DNA of 47,463 bases from a virus (taxonomy: Duplodnaviria > Caudoviricetes), in the IMG/VR virus record IMGVR_UViG_3300043414_001346, positions 1 to 47,463 of that record; one strand, given 5' to 3'. A program made the translations under genes and the position numbers. Positions within the stretch are counted from its first letter, which is position 1, and each line of letters opens with the position of its first letter. Below, piece after piece: positions 26,777 through 36,789 of this stretch. The notes below the pieces were generated by a model. It ran no database searches and had not been told where the DNA came from. It worked only from the letters and a program-made list of their open reading frames with translations.

Positions 26777-27580
26777 ATGGCGCAGGTAAGTACAATAAAT
26801 TGGGGTGCAACGGCAGATTATCCGGACAATGTGGTAAATTACACATTAACTGGTGTTGCTGAAACAATACCTTTTAATCCAGAATATTTGACGCAAAAAA
26901 CTATTTTTCATCCAATATCTTTGATACAAAATCCAATTTATTTTTCTAATCCACCTTCCAACCGACCTGTTGGGGAAGGAACACCTGCGCCTTTTTATCA
27001 AATGCCAGATTTTTATAATCGATCACTTGTAATCACATGTTCAACAGAGATTGACGCTGCTGATTTAACAATTACAGGTGTTGATACGTTGAGCAATGTT
27101 GTTAATTATACAAATGCAGGCGTTATTAATGCGGCAACACCAACTGATACAGGTTTACTGTTTTACAAGATAACAAGTATTACATTTAACGCGCTTGGTA
27201 ACGTTGGTAATTTAACCATTGGTTTGGGTAATAATGGTCAAACTGGTACTTATATTGCTGACAAATGGAATAAAAACAACAATTATACTATTTCATATCA
27301 AGCAGATGCTGCAATTAGTGTAACTCCTAATTACATTACACAAGATATAGTTACTTTTACAAGCGGACAGCCTGTTTATACAGCATCGCCAACATTATAT
27401 GAATTTCCATTAACGAATACGAATGCCGTGTTTATTTCTCCAACAACTATAGTTGCATATCCGATTACAGAATCGGCAGCATTAAGTGTTACGGGTATTC
27501 CGTTAACGGGCATTACAACTGTTGTAAATACAGACGAAGCTTTTACGCAAACAATTGCACAGCAGGGAGGTCGTTTCTAA
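26777..27580 (+). CDS. Virion structural protein
   Basis: T-rich beta protein; LTITGVDT...FYKITSI resembles the preceding gene's motif. Confidence 0.65.
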   Translation: MAQVSTINWGATADYPDNVVNYTLTGVAETIPFNPEYLTQKTIFHPISLIQNPIYFSNPPSNRPVGEGTPAPFYQMPDFYNRSLVITCSTEIDAADLTITGVDTLSNVVNYTNAGVINAATPTDTGLLFYKITSITFNALGNVGNLTIGLGNNGQTGTYIADKWNKNNNYTISYQADAAISVTPNYITQDIVTFTSGQPVYTASPTLYEFPLTNTNAVFISPTTIVAYPITESAALSVTGIPLTGITTVVNTDEAFTQTIAQQGGRF

Positions 27581-27774
27581 TGGGTTATAGTCGCGCATCA
27601 AAAGAGTCTATGGCTCTTAATGGTACAATTCCAAAAAGTCGTTATCAGCATGGTGGAAATGTTGATTGTTCCATGTCAAAAAATGATTTTAAAAAAGCTG
27701 CTTTGCATAAAGATTTGCCTACTTCTACGGACAAAAAAAGAACGCAATCGGTTGTAAATTACCGCAACCCTTAA
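27580..27774 (+). CDS. Small basic protein with YQHGG motif
   Basis: Translationally coupled ORF; RYQHGGNV. Confidence 0.65.
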   Translation: MGYSRASKESMALNGTIPKSRYQHGGNVDCSMSKNDFKKAALHKDLPTSTDKKRTQSVVNYRNP

Positions 27775-27789
27775 AATGAAAGCAAAACA

Positions 27790-28839
27790 ATGGCGCTGTC
27801 ATTGCAATATAATTTTCCGTATATTGATGCCGATTTAGTCATTCGTGATGCTTTTGAACGTTGTGGAATAAGCAATTATCTTGAAGATGCCGTAAAATAT
27901 CAATCAGCACGTCGCTCTCTTAATTTTCTTTTACAACATTGGCCAAATCGAGGTTTTAACTTATTTACGTTAGAACAGGGAATTATACAAATTATACCCA
28001 ATCAAAATGTGTATGAACTTCCATTAAATACATCAAAAATTTTACGGTGTCGTAATGCAAGTGCAAATCGTATTTTAGGTGGTGTTGCTTCATCAAGTGC
28101 GGGCGGTAATGCGGCATCTTGTTTTACCCAGAATTTAACAGGTCCATGCACACAAACAACACCAAACGGTAATATTTCTTATTTATATCCGCAACCACAA
28201 CCGATTCTTTATGTTGGCATTTTATCGCAAGTAACAGCCCAATATCAAATATCAATTGATTGTGCGTATCAAACGGCGCCTGCTGAAACGGATTGGATTA
28301 ATATTTTAAACACACCCAAGGTCAATTATTATACCGGCCAAACACTTTGGTATGTATTGCCTTACACAAATTCGGCTGTTAATTGGCGTATACGTGAAAC
28401 GGGTGGCGCAACTCTGAATATTGCTCAGATATCATTTGATATACCTTACATCAGTGTTCCAATGGAATCGGTGGGTAATGATTTGTATTTTGATTATGTA
28501 ACCAATAATCAATCGGGTATTTCAAATACGTATTGGGTTAATCGCATACGCACACCAACATTAAATGTATATCCAATACCCAACGGTACGACGTATCAAT
28601 TTTTTGTGTTTAATCGCATTCGTTACATTCAAGATATTGGTGATTTTTTTAATTCATTGGATGTTACGGCAACGTTTATGGAATCAGCAACGGCAGGGCT
28701 TGCTGCAAAATTAGCGCAAAAATATGCGCCGGATCGTTATGCCGCTTTAAAAGCTGAAGCTGAGCAAGTGTATCTCGAAGCTGGCCGTGAAAATACGGAA
28801 AATACAACATCTCAAGTTACGTTTGGAATGCAAGAATGA
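27790..28839 (+). CDS. Head-tail adaptor protein with inserted beta-sandwich domain
   Basis: IRDAFERCG...ARRSLNFLLQHWPNRGFNLF...LNVYPIP...GLAAKLA. Confidence 0.75.
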   Translation: MALSLQYNFPYIDADLVIRDAFERCGISNYLEDAVKYQSARRSLNFLLQHWPNRGFNLFTLEQGIIQIIPNQNVYELPLNTSKILRCRNASANRILGGVASSSAGGNAASCFTQNLTGPCTQTTPNGNISYLYPQPQPILYVGILSQVTAQYQISIDCAYQTAPAETDWINILNTPKVNYYTGQTLWYVLPYTNSAVNWRIRETGGATLNIAQISFDIPYISVPMESVGNDLYFDYVTNNQSGISNTYWVNRIRTPTLNVYPIPNGTTYQFFVFNRIRYIQDIGDFFNSLDVTATFMESATAGLAAKLAQKYAPDRYAALKAEAEQVYLEAGRENTENTTSQVTFGMQE

Positions 28840-29387
28840 GCTTAAGATACCGTCAAACAGTTCCAATTGTAAACCCTGATAATCCAAGAGCTTGGGGTCG
28901 TGATGATATAACCGGTTTGCCTGTCATGCATGATGATTTGGTTAAACAAATGGAATATATCGGAAACGGTTTAGCTTGGACTGGTTTTATGGTGCATTTT
29001 AATGATGCCGATCAACCAAATCCCCAATTAATGCCACCACGTTTGCGGCCCGATCCTGTACCTGTTCATAATCCAAGAATATTTAATATGCCAAATTTAC
29101 CCGCCATACCACAAGGGTTAACGGCGACAGCGACAACACCGACAACAATTACGCTTATTTGGGATGAGGTGCCAAAGGTTCCAGCTTACACAGTAGGTTG
29201 GACGAGTATACATGCTCAAGGTGAGGAAATAAACATCCCAGCTTTAACATACACAATTACTAATTTAACGCCAGGAACACGCTATTTAGTTTCTGTGGCC
29301 TCAATTGGTAACAATTCAACAGCAAATACAATTCAGTTTACCACGAGTGCGTTTTCGAACCCAATCGCGATAACTTTGCCAACTTAG
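28836..29387 (+). CDS. Virion protein: degenerate zinc-ribbon-like N-terminus plus C-terminal fibronectin type III domain
   Basis: PQGLTATATTPTTITLIWD...YTITNLTPGTRYLVSVAS (FN3). Confidence 0.75.
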   Translation: MSLRYRQTVPIVNPDNPRAWGRDDITGLPVMHDDLVKQMEYIGNGLAWTGFMVHFNDADQPNPQLMPPRLRPDPVPVHNPRIFNMPNLPAIPQGLTATATTPTTITLIWDEVPKVPAYTVGWTSIHAQGEEINIPALTYTITNLTPGTRYLVSVASIGNNSTANTIQFTTSAFSNPIAITLPT

Positions 29388-29402
29388 AAAAGGAACATCA
29401 TC

Positions 29403-31565
29403 ATGGCAATTGATACTAATGCACCATTATTAATACCAGCCGGAGTTAACGGTAATATTTATGGACTAACAAATGGAATTAATGTTTTAAACTCAACCAA
29501 TAGTGGGTTATCCATTAATTACTCAGGTGGTTCTATTGGTGGCACATTAACATTTAATACCGTTGGAAATTTAAATAGTTTAGCACAATACAATGAAATT
29601 GGACTTGTTTACTATGCCGGTGGTAATCAATTTGAAAATGCTTCACTAACGGGTAGTACAGGTATTCGTCTTGTTAATGTTGGTACATCATATACGTTTT
29701 CAGTTATAGCCAATTCAACAACACAAAACTTTCTAACGCAGCATAACAGTGGTGATGAAAATTTAACCGCGGGTAATCTAAACCTTATTGCGGGCGAAGG
29801 TATTTCTATAGGGTATAGCGTCGCTTCAAATATTGCTAATTACACAATTTCTTCATCACAAACAGGCGCTATTTCAAACGCCACATATGTAACCTTAACA
29901 AATGAATTAGCGAGTTTGCCAAACTCATTTGATTTGGGATCTCTTACAACGGGCCTTCTTAAAAATACGGTATTGGATGGTGTATCTGTACTATCAATGG
30001 CGATTGTTGATACGGATTATCAAGCAGCAAATGCAACATTAACTCAATTGTCTGCCCTTGAATTAACCAATGGTAGTATTTTATTTTACAATGGTGTTGA
30101 GCTTACAAATTTAGTTCCAGGTACAGTTGGTCAATATATCGCAGTTGATGAAAGTGGTGTTCCAGCGTACACATCACCAGCAACGGCCAGTGACGCAACT
30201 TTTGTACTTTTACAAACGGATGCAGGTTTACCTAATTCATTTGGACTTGGAACCCTTGAAACAGGCTTATTAAAACAAACGGTTAATGCGGGATTAGCAG
30301 CCATTGAAAACGCTGTGGCAGGTGTTGATTATCAAGTGGGAAACACATATCTTACACAAATTGCAGAAATAGTTCCTTCAGCTGGCTCACTTATTTCTTA
30401 CAGTGAATCTTTAGGTGCGTATAAAGCATTAACAATTGGTTTGCCAGAATCTGTACTTGCTGTTGATAGTGGTGGTACGGGATTAACATTTATTCCACAG
30501 GTTAATATTTTTGATGGTTTGCTTGCTGCAAGTAACACATGGACGGGTAATAATGTATGGACAAATGAGTGTACATTTACTGGCCAATTAAATGCAGACA
30601 ATGCTATTATTACAAATTATTTAACAACAACAGTTGGGGCAACATTAGGTGGTATAACGGAATCAACAACCATAAATAATAGTGGTGTTATATCAACAGA
30701 TTTTTTTACCGCAACAGGTAACATTACGTGTGGTGGAGGTTTTATTGGTGGTCAACCTACAGTAGGAATGTTATTTACACAAGAAAATTTTACTGCAACT
30801 CAAAGTACAAGTTTTGCTTTATTACAAACTATTGATGGAGCAACTGTTTTGAATAGTGTGGCAGGACAACCACTTGGTTTTGCACAAGGTGCTAGTCAAG
30901 TTGGTCAAGTAAATGTAGATGGCGTTTGGTTGCTTCCTGAAGTTCAGATTTCAACAAGTATTACAGCGCCAACACAACCAACTGGAACATCAAATACAAC
31001 GTTGGCAACAACACAATTTGTTCAAGAAGCTCTTACTGGCTCTGGCAGTACAGTTACACAAAATCTAAGTTTTGGTTTTTATCCAAGTAGTTCAGCTGTA
31101 ACTCAATATACCGTTCCAGCAATATTTGAAGCAATAGGAGATCAAGTTTTTGTAACAATTGATGGGCAAACAAATATGTTGCAAACATCCGAACAAGCAT
31201 TAACATTCGCGGGAGCATGTTATTTACAAGCTCAAATACCAGCTGCTTTTGTGCCAACTTCAATGGCAAATGCGTATAAATATATTGGACTAGGGTCAAT
31301 GAAGATATTTGGTGGGGGATCATTTCTTACAAATATGACTGTTAATATTTCAATTTTTAAAAGCGGTGCCAATTATTATTTTTATATCACACCTCAGGCC
31401 ATTACAAGTCAAACATTAGTAGAGCCATATACATATACATCTAATCAAGTTTTATTTTCAACTGGGTATACGTTTACTTTTGGTTCTTTTATTAATAATG
31501 CTCCTTACATAGCAAACGTTAATTCTCCTAATTTGTCATTTTCTTATTCCATTATTGATGTTTAA
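29403..31565 (+). CDS. Tail fibre/spike protein
   Basis: Internal duplicated ATYV...LPNSF.LG.L.TGLLK module; TAPTQPTGTSNTTLATTQFV fibre motif. Confidence 0.75.
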   Translation: MAIDTNAPLLIPAGVNGNIYGLTNGINVLNSTNSGLSINYSGGSIGGTLTFNTVGNLNSLAQYNEIGLVYYAGGNQFENASLTGSTGIRLVNVGTSYTFSVIANSTTQNFLTQHNSGDENLTAGNLNLIAGEGISIGYSVASNIANYTISSSQTGAISNATYVTLTNELASLPNSFDLGSLTTGLLKNTVLDGVSVLSMAIVDTDYQAANATLTQLSALELTNGSILFYNGVELTNLVPGTVGQYIAVDESGVPAYTSPATASDATFVLLQTDAGLPNSFGLGTLETGLLKQTVNAGLAAIENAVAGVDYQVGNTYLTQIAEIVPSAGSLISYSESLGAYKALTIGLPESVLAVDSGGTGLTFIPQVNIFDGLLAASNTWTGNNVWTNECTFTGQLNADNAIITNYLTTTVGATLGGITESTTINNSGVISTDFFTATGNITCGGGFIGGQPTVGMLFTQENFTATQSTSFALLQTIDGATVLNSVAGQPLGFAQGASQVGQVNVDGVWLLPEVQISTSITAPTQPTGTSNTTLATTQFVQEALTGSGSTVTQNLSFGFYPSSSAVTQYTVPAIFEAIGDQVFVTIDGQTNMLQTSEQALTFAGACYLQAQIPAAFVPTSMANAYKYIGLGSMKIFGGGSFLTNMTVNISIFKSGANYYFYITPQAITSQTLVEPYTYTSNQVLFSTGYTFTFGSFINNAPYIANVNSPNLSFSYSIIDV

Positions 31566-31576
31566 GGTTTATTTAA

Positions 31577-32311
31577 ATGGCAAGCATTGAACAAACACAG
31601 ATATTTACAATAACAGCTACCGGTGCAGGGTTAACAGGGGTGAATTATTTCCAACTTGGATATGGTTCACCGCCTGCGGGCAGCGCATTTATTGTTAAAG
31701 ATTTGTTTATTAGCGGAACTACAGGCATAGATGTTGATTATTCTTTTTTGATTACATCCGCATCATCAAATGCCGGTGCAAATTCACAAATAGTTTATGT
31801 TGATACAACGGGGGCTACTGCAAATGAACCAATATTTGTCAGTGATCAATTTATTTTAACACAAGCATATTTAGGTGTTAACGTAAACGCTATTTCGGCA
31901 TCAACAATTACAATAACAATTAGTTATTTAGTTATAAGAAATCCAAATGTTTTATCAAATAATTTTATTATTACGACCGGAACAGTTCCTGCAAATACAA
32001 CAACAACAATTTTAATACCTCCATCAGCAAATGCGTGTATTCCCAAATCACTTTTTGTTTCAAATATAAATGATGCTATTAATGATTATATTGTTCAATG
32101 TTTTATATATAACGCAGCAAACGTTAAAATATCAACAATAACATTACCCGTTACATTAACGCATAATCAAACGGAAGTAATACCCATACCTGTTTTTTTA
32201 AGCACGCTTTATCCAACAGCGGGTTGTAAACTTTCGATGTTTGTTGCATCTGCTTCAGGGGTTGCCAATGTAAATATTTATTTTTCTTATGTGGTGAATA
32301 ATCAAGCATGA
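31577..32311 (+). CDS. Virion structural protein (two similar beta domains)
   Basis: Internal repeat IVKDLFIS / IPKSLFVS and ITISYLV / IYFSYVV. Confidence 0.6.
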   Translation: MASIEQTQIFTITATGAGLTGVNYFQLGYGSPPAGSAFIVKDLFISGTTGIDVDYSFLITSASSNAGANSQIVYVDTTGATANEPIFVSDQFILTQAYLGVNVNAISASTITITISYLVIRNPNVLSNNFIITTGTVPANTTTTILIPPSANACIPKSLFVSNINDAINDYIVQCFIYNAANVKISTITLPVTLTHNQTEVIPIPVFLSTLYPTAGCKLSMFVASASGVANVNIYFSYVVNNQA

Positions 32312-32982
32312 CAGATAATGTAAATTCATATAATGGTCTTATACTTGCAATCCAACAATGGACAAATCGCAATGATTCGGTTTTTTTACAAAATATACCT
32401 TTATTCATATCTTTGGCAGAACAACAATTTTTTATCGATTGTTCAACACTTGGTAATGAAGTTTATCTTACAGGTGTATTTAATGCCAATAACGGTATTG
32501 TAGCTAAACCAGCATCTTGGGGGCAAACACTTACATTTTCATATCTGACTTCTGAAAATAATGTTGTTGTTCTTGAGCGTGTGCCTTATGAATATATTCG
32601 AACATTTGTGCCCAATAACAATACGGTAACGCCAGAATGCTCAACTTACATATCAAATAATACGTTGATATTACCACAATATTACACGGATTATGGGTAT
32701 GACAATTTCTTAATATCACCTACGCCACAAACAGCATTTACATATGAAATTGCTTATTTTCAAAAAATACAACCGCTGACCGTTACAAATCAAACAAATT
32801 GGATTACGCAATATGCATATGATGCCTTTTTTTATCTGTGTTTAGATAAAGCATTTCGTTTTATAGAAGATACCCCAATGGCAGATATGTATTTACAAAA
32901 AGGGCAAGAACGAATGCAAGCGCTTATTCAATATAACCAAGGTCGTATTTTTGACCGTACTGCAGAAGCAACAAAGGGGTAA
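32308..32982 (+). CDS. Tail adaptor (T7 gp11-like tubular A) protein
   Basis: YNGLILAIQQW.NRND...IPLFISLAE...ISPTP...TNWIT...DAFFY. Confidence 0.75.
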   Translation: MTDNVNSYNGLILAIQQWTNRNDSVFLQNIPLFISLAEQQFFIDCSTLGNEVYLTGVFNANNGIVAKPASWGQTLTFSYLTSENNVVVLERVPYEYIRTFVPNNNTVTPECSTYISNNTLILPQYYTDYGYDNFLISPTPQTAFTYEIAYFQKIQPLTVTNQTNWITQYAYDAFFYLCLDKAFRFIEDTPMADMYLQKGQERMQALIQYNQGRIFDRTAEATKG

Positions 32983-32985
32983 ACT

Positions 32986-34980
32986 ATGGCATTTCAAGGT
33001 TTTGTTAATGAATTTACAAACGCGCCAATACAGCCAACATATTCGTCTTATTTGCAATTAACATCAACAGATTTATTTGTTCCATTGCAATGGGTGTTTG
33101 TTGACCAAAATGCGCAATATCCTTTTTCTCAGTATATACAAGTTGTAAGTACGGCTGGTGGAACTCAAATTGTTTTGCCAAATGCATTACAAGCTTCTGT
33201 TGCGCAAACAACAACTATTTTAAATTCAACTGAAACTGTTGTTGTGGTTTTATCAAATGATGAAAACACTTTATTATTAGAAATAGATCCAGGTGAAGAA
33301 TGGGTATTAATTTTAACCGATGCCACAACATCAAATGGAATTTGGTTGTCTGTACAATTAGGTTCTGTTGTTTCAGATGTAACGGCAGCAAGTTTAATTG
33401 ATAATAGTGTTGATGCAAATAATAATAAAAATAACGGTGGTTTAGAATCTTTTTCAACATTTATTAAATGGAATCAAACCGTTAATACCATTACAACAGG
33501 TTCAGAATATACGCAATCAACTGGAGATCGCGGTTCAGTTTTAGTTTGGAAATCTGGAACGGGTACATATCAATGTTTGCCAAGTGCAGAGAATGGTAAT
33601 GGTTATATTTTTACAATAACAAATAATTCACTAGTTGGTGGTCAACTTACAATTTTACCAGATTTTGTTGATACTATTAATGGCGTTGTTGTTCCTTATG
33701 TTTTATATCCGGGTGACTCAAGTTCTTTTGTATGTGATGGTAATGCAACAATTTATAGTTTTAATTCAACAAAAGCTCAAACGAACGTTACAAGTTTAGT
33801 TAATATTAACTTACAAAATGCAATTGAGATTTCTGGAACGCCTACCATTACTTTAACAATTGCGGAATCACAATATTCCATTCAAAAATATATAAACTCA
33901 TATACTTCATCTCCTGTAACAATTAATTATCCATCTGGTATAGTAGAAGAATATGTTGTTTATAATGCGTCTAAAACAACATCTATTAATGTAACTATAC
34001 CTGGATCTGCAAATACATATTTAATATCTCCGTTAAACACTCAATTTATTATTTCTGATGGAACAAATTTATATAACACACCATCAATATATGCAGGTGA
34101 TATTGTTTTAGGAAATGGAACTGTATTAAATCCTGCTTTAAGTTTTGAAAATGCAACAAGTACGGGGTTATTTTTAACGCCAACAGGGGCAAATCAAGGA
34201 AATATTAGTGTTGATATTAATAATTCAATTGTAACCACGTATACGCCCACACAAGTTTTGTTTACCTCAGTATCTTCAACAGAACCTTCAATTAGCTTTT
34301 TAAGCGCAACAGAAACCGGTTTGTATTTAGAAACTACGGCAGTTAATGAAGGCAATCTTTTAATTATTGTTGATGGTTCAACTGCAGCAGAATTTAGTCC
34401 ATCAGCTGCACTGTTTAACGATGGAACAAATGTTGTACCTTCTATTTCTTTTTTTGAAAATGATACAACGGGTTTTTCGTTAAATTTATTGCCAGGTATT
34501 AATGGAATTGTAAATAATGCACAAGTTACATTAACAACGGAAACGCAATTTCTTGTACCTGAAGGTTCAGATACAGTTCCTGGATATTCATTTGTTGGTT
34601 TTGACACAACAGGAATTTATTGTGATTCTACTGATTCTTATTTAGGATTTGTTGTTTTTGGTTCAACGCCTTTTTATTTTAGTGCCAATCAATTTTTAAA
34701 TAAAAATGGTTTGGTTACGGCTCCTTCATATGCTTTTCAAAATGCACTTGAAACTGGAATGTATGTAACAGTTACAACACCTGGCGTAGAAACAAATTTA
34801 CATTTAACGGTTGATGGGGTTGATTCTGCTGTATTTTCTGATAATTTAATTACCTTTTCACAACCTGTTTCAATAACAACGGGTGATTTAATTTTGGAGA
34901 ATGGGTCTGTAAGTGTAATTGATGGTTCTTATTATGAAGAAGCTATTTCTATTTATTCGGTGATGTCTGCTTATGCCTAG
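32986..34980 (+). CDS. Tail fibre-like protein
   Basis: Repeated P(S/A/G)(I/L/Y)SF...TG(L/I/M)Y units in the C-terminal half. Confidence 0.7.
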   Translation: MAFQGFVNEFTNAPIQPTYSSYLQLTSTDLFVPLQWVFVDQNAQYPFSQYIQVVSTAGGTQIVLPNALQASVAQTTTILNSTETVVVVLSNDENTLLLEIDPGEEWVLILTDATTSNGIWLSVQLGSVVSDVTAASLIDNSVDANNNKNNGGLESFSTFIKWNQTVNTITTGSEYTQSTGDRGSVLVWKSGTGTYQCLPSAENGNGYIFTITNNSLVGGQLTILPDFVDTINGVVVPYVLYPGDSSSFVCDGNATIYSFNSTKAQTNVTSLVNINLQNAIEISGTPTITLTIAESQYSIQKYINSYTSSPVTINYPSGIVEEYVVYNASKTTSINVTIPGSANTYLISPLNTQFIISDGTNLYNTPSIYAGDIVLGNGTVLNPALSFENATSTGLFLTPTGANQGNISVDINNSIVTTYTPTQVLFTSVSSTEPSISFLSATETGLYLETTAVNEGNLLIIVDGSTAAEFSPSAALFNDGTNVVPSISFFENDTTGFSLNLLPGINGIVNNAQVTLTTETQFLVPEGSDTVPGYSFVGFDTTGIYCDSTDSYLGFVVFGSTPFYFSANQFLNKNGLVTAPSYAFQNALETGMYVTVTTPGVETNLHLTVDGVDSAVFSDNLITFSQPVSITTGDLILENGSVSVIDGSYYEEAISIYSVMSAYA

Positions 34981-36508
34981 TTTTTCATACCTTCAAGTTC
35001 AACCTAAAACTGGCATCCAACGCGATGGAACATCTGTTGATTGTGATCAATTTATTGACGGTCAATGGGTTCGATTTTATAAAAACCGTCCTAAAAAAAT
35101 GGGCGGTTATAAAACAGTAATAAATGGAAACACCGAAATAGTTAGAAACTTAATTACATTTAATTCACAAGAATCAATATTATTGTATGTTGGTCAGCCA
35201 TCAACATTGTCTACTATTAACGTTTATCCAGATTTAAGTACATCAGCTTTATCTGATCGCACACCAACAGGATTTGTTAAAAATACCAATAACTACTGGT
35301 CAATTACGGCCGTTTCAGTTGTTGATATAACAACTAAACTTGAAACAACATATGTTGTGGCAGTTGCTACACAAGGCGCTGTTGATATATCTAATATAGC
35401 CGTTTCCACTATTTATTATGGTTTGCTTTATGATGCGGCGCCTTTAATACCTCTTGTAACGGATACGGATATAACGTTACAAACATCGGGTGTTGTGCTG
35501 ACATTAGGTAATTATCTTTTAATATTAGGTAACAACGGTGTTTTTGTTTGGAATGATGGTCTATCTATAACAAATTTTCCGGAAGATAATATTAAAGTTA
35601 TTGGAACATCTAAATTTGTGTATGCAGCTCCGGTTCGATACAACGGCGTTATTTCAGGTGTTGCATGGACTTTAGACGGTGTTTTAAGCATTACATATGA
35701 CGGAACGAATTCGTTTGTACCATCGTATTTATCTACCACAAGTACAATTCTTTCATCTGGCTGTGTAATATCCTATGAACCTTATTTTTATTGGATTGGT
35801 AGCAATACGTTTTTTATGTATAACGGCGCCGTTGTTGAATTACAAAACAACACAAATAAACTGTGGTTTTTTGCTAATTTAAATCAAGCTTATAAAAACA
35901 GGGTCGTTGGCTTTGTAAATAAGAAATACAACGAGTTATGTTGGTTATTTCCGTATGGCGAATCCACAGAAAATAATTGGATGATTGTTTATAACATGAC
36001 AACTCAAGAATGGTATGACACACCACTTGAAAGATCTGCGGCTGCTTCATCTACGACAATTTTTCCTTACCCATTGTTAGCAAGTTCAACGCCAGAAACA
36101 TTTAATTTGACAACAAGTTACCCAATTTGGGCACATGAATTTGGTGTGAATCGGGTGGATCCGGTCAGAACATCGGCTATACTCTCTTATTTTACAACAA
36201 ATAAGTTGTGGTTAATCGATCAAAATCCACAAGCGCAAGTATTATCTATTGATACTGTTATTTTAGATGTAGAATTAAAAGAAAGTATGTTTTTTACTAT
36301 AAACAGTCAAGGTTATCCAAACTCAACTGTTCAAACGTCGGACATATTTAATTTTGATTCTACAACACAATTTTTAACCACACGGGTTAAAGGAAGCATT
36401 TTAAGTTTAACATTTACCTCAAATGTATTGGACGGCGATTATTTGTTTGGAAAAACAATGTTAAAAGTCGAAATTACAGATGATCAAAGGCCAGGTCCAA
36501 CATCATGA
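34973..36508 (+). CDS. Tail nozzle/stabilisation protein (P22 gp10 / T7 gp12-like)
   Basis: GIQRDGT...DGQWVRF...PKKMGG; FYWIG..FFMYNG; NELCWLFP. Confidence 0.8.
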   Translation: MPSFSYLQVQPKTGIQRDGTSVDCDQFIDGQWVRFYKNRPKKMGGYKTVINGNTEIVRNLITFNSQESILLYVGQPSTLSTINVYPDLSTSALSDRTPTGFVKNTNNYWSITAVSVVDITTKLETTYVVAVATQGAVDISNIAVSTIYYGLLYDAAPLIPLVTDTDITLQTSGVVLTLGNYLLILGNNGVFVWNDGLSITNFPEDNIKVIGTSKFVYAAPVRYNGVISGVAWTLDGVLSITYDGTNSFVPSYLSTTSTILSSGCVISYEPYFYWIGSNTFFMYNGAVVELQNNTNKLWFFANLNQAYKNRVVGFVNKKYNELCWLFPYGESTENNWMIVYNMTTQEWYDTPLERSAAASSTTIFPYPLLASSTPETFNLTTSYPIWAHEFGVNRVDPVRTSAILSYFTTNKLWLIDQNPQAQVLSIDTVILDVELKESMFFTINSQGYPNSTVQTSDIFNFDSTTQFLTTRVKGSILSLTFTSNVLDGDYLFGKTMLKVEITDDQRPGPTS

Positions 36509-36753
36509 CAATAAATGTACTTTTACCAAATCAAAAAACATTTCAAGCGTGGATAGCTGATTTGAATCGAACAATACCCAATATTATTGTTCCTATTCCG
36601 CCAATAAATACAAAAAATTGGCATGAATTTGCCATGTTATTACTTTCAATTAATAAGCAATACATAAAAAATGTTGTATTGCCATTAAAAGAAAATTTTC
36701 CACATGAAAATGATTGGAAAAAATGGGCCTATTTTTTTATACAAAACGTATAG
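36505..36753 (+). CDS. Small Trp-rich tail-module protein
   Basis: TFQAW, NWHEFA, DWKKWA repeats; coupled to the nozzle gene. Confidence 0.65.
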   Translation: MTINVLLPNQKTFQAWIADLNRTIPNIIVPIPPINTKNWHEFAMLLLSINKQYIKNVVLPLKENFPHENDWKKWAYFFIQNV

Positions 36754-36789
36754 AAAACAAACACAATACATTTACAGAAAGTAAAAATT

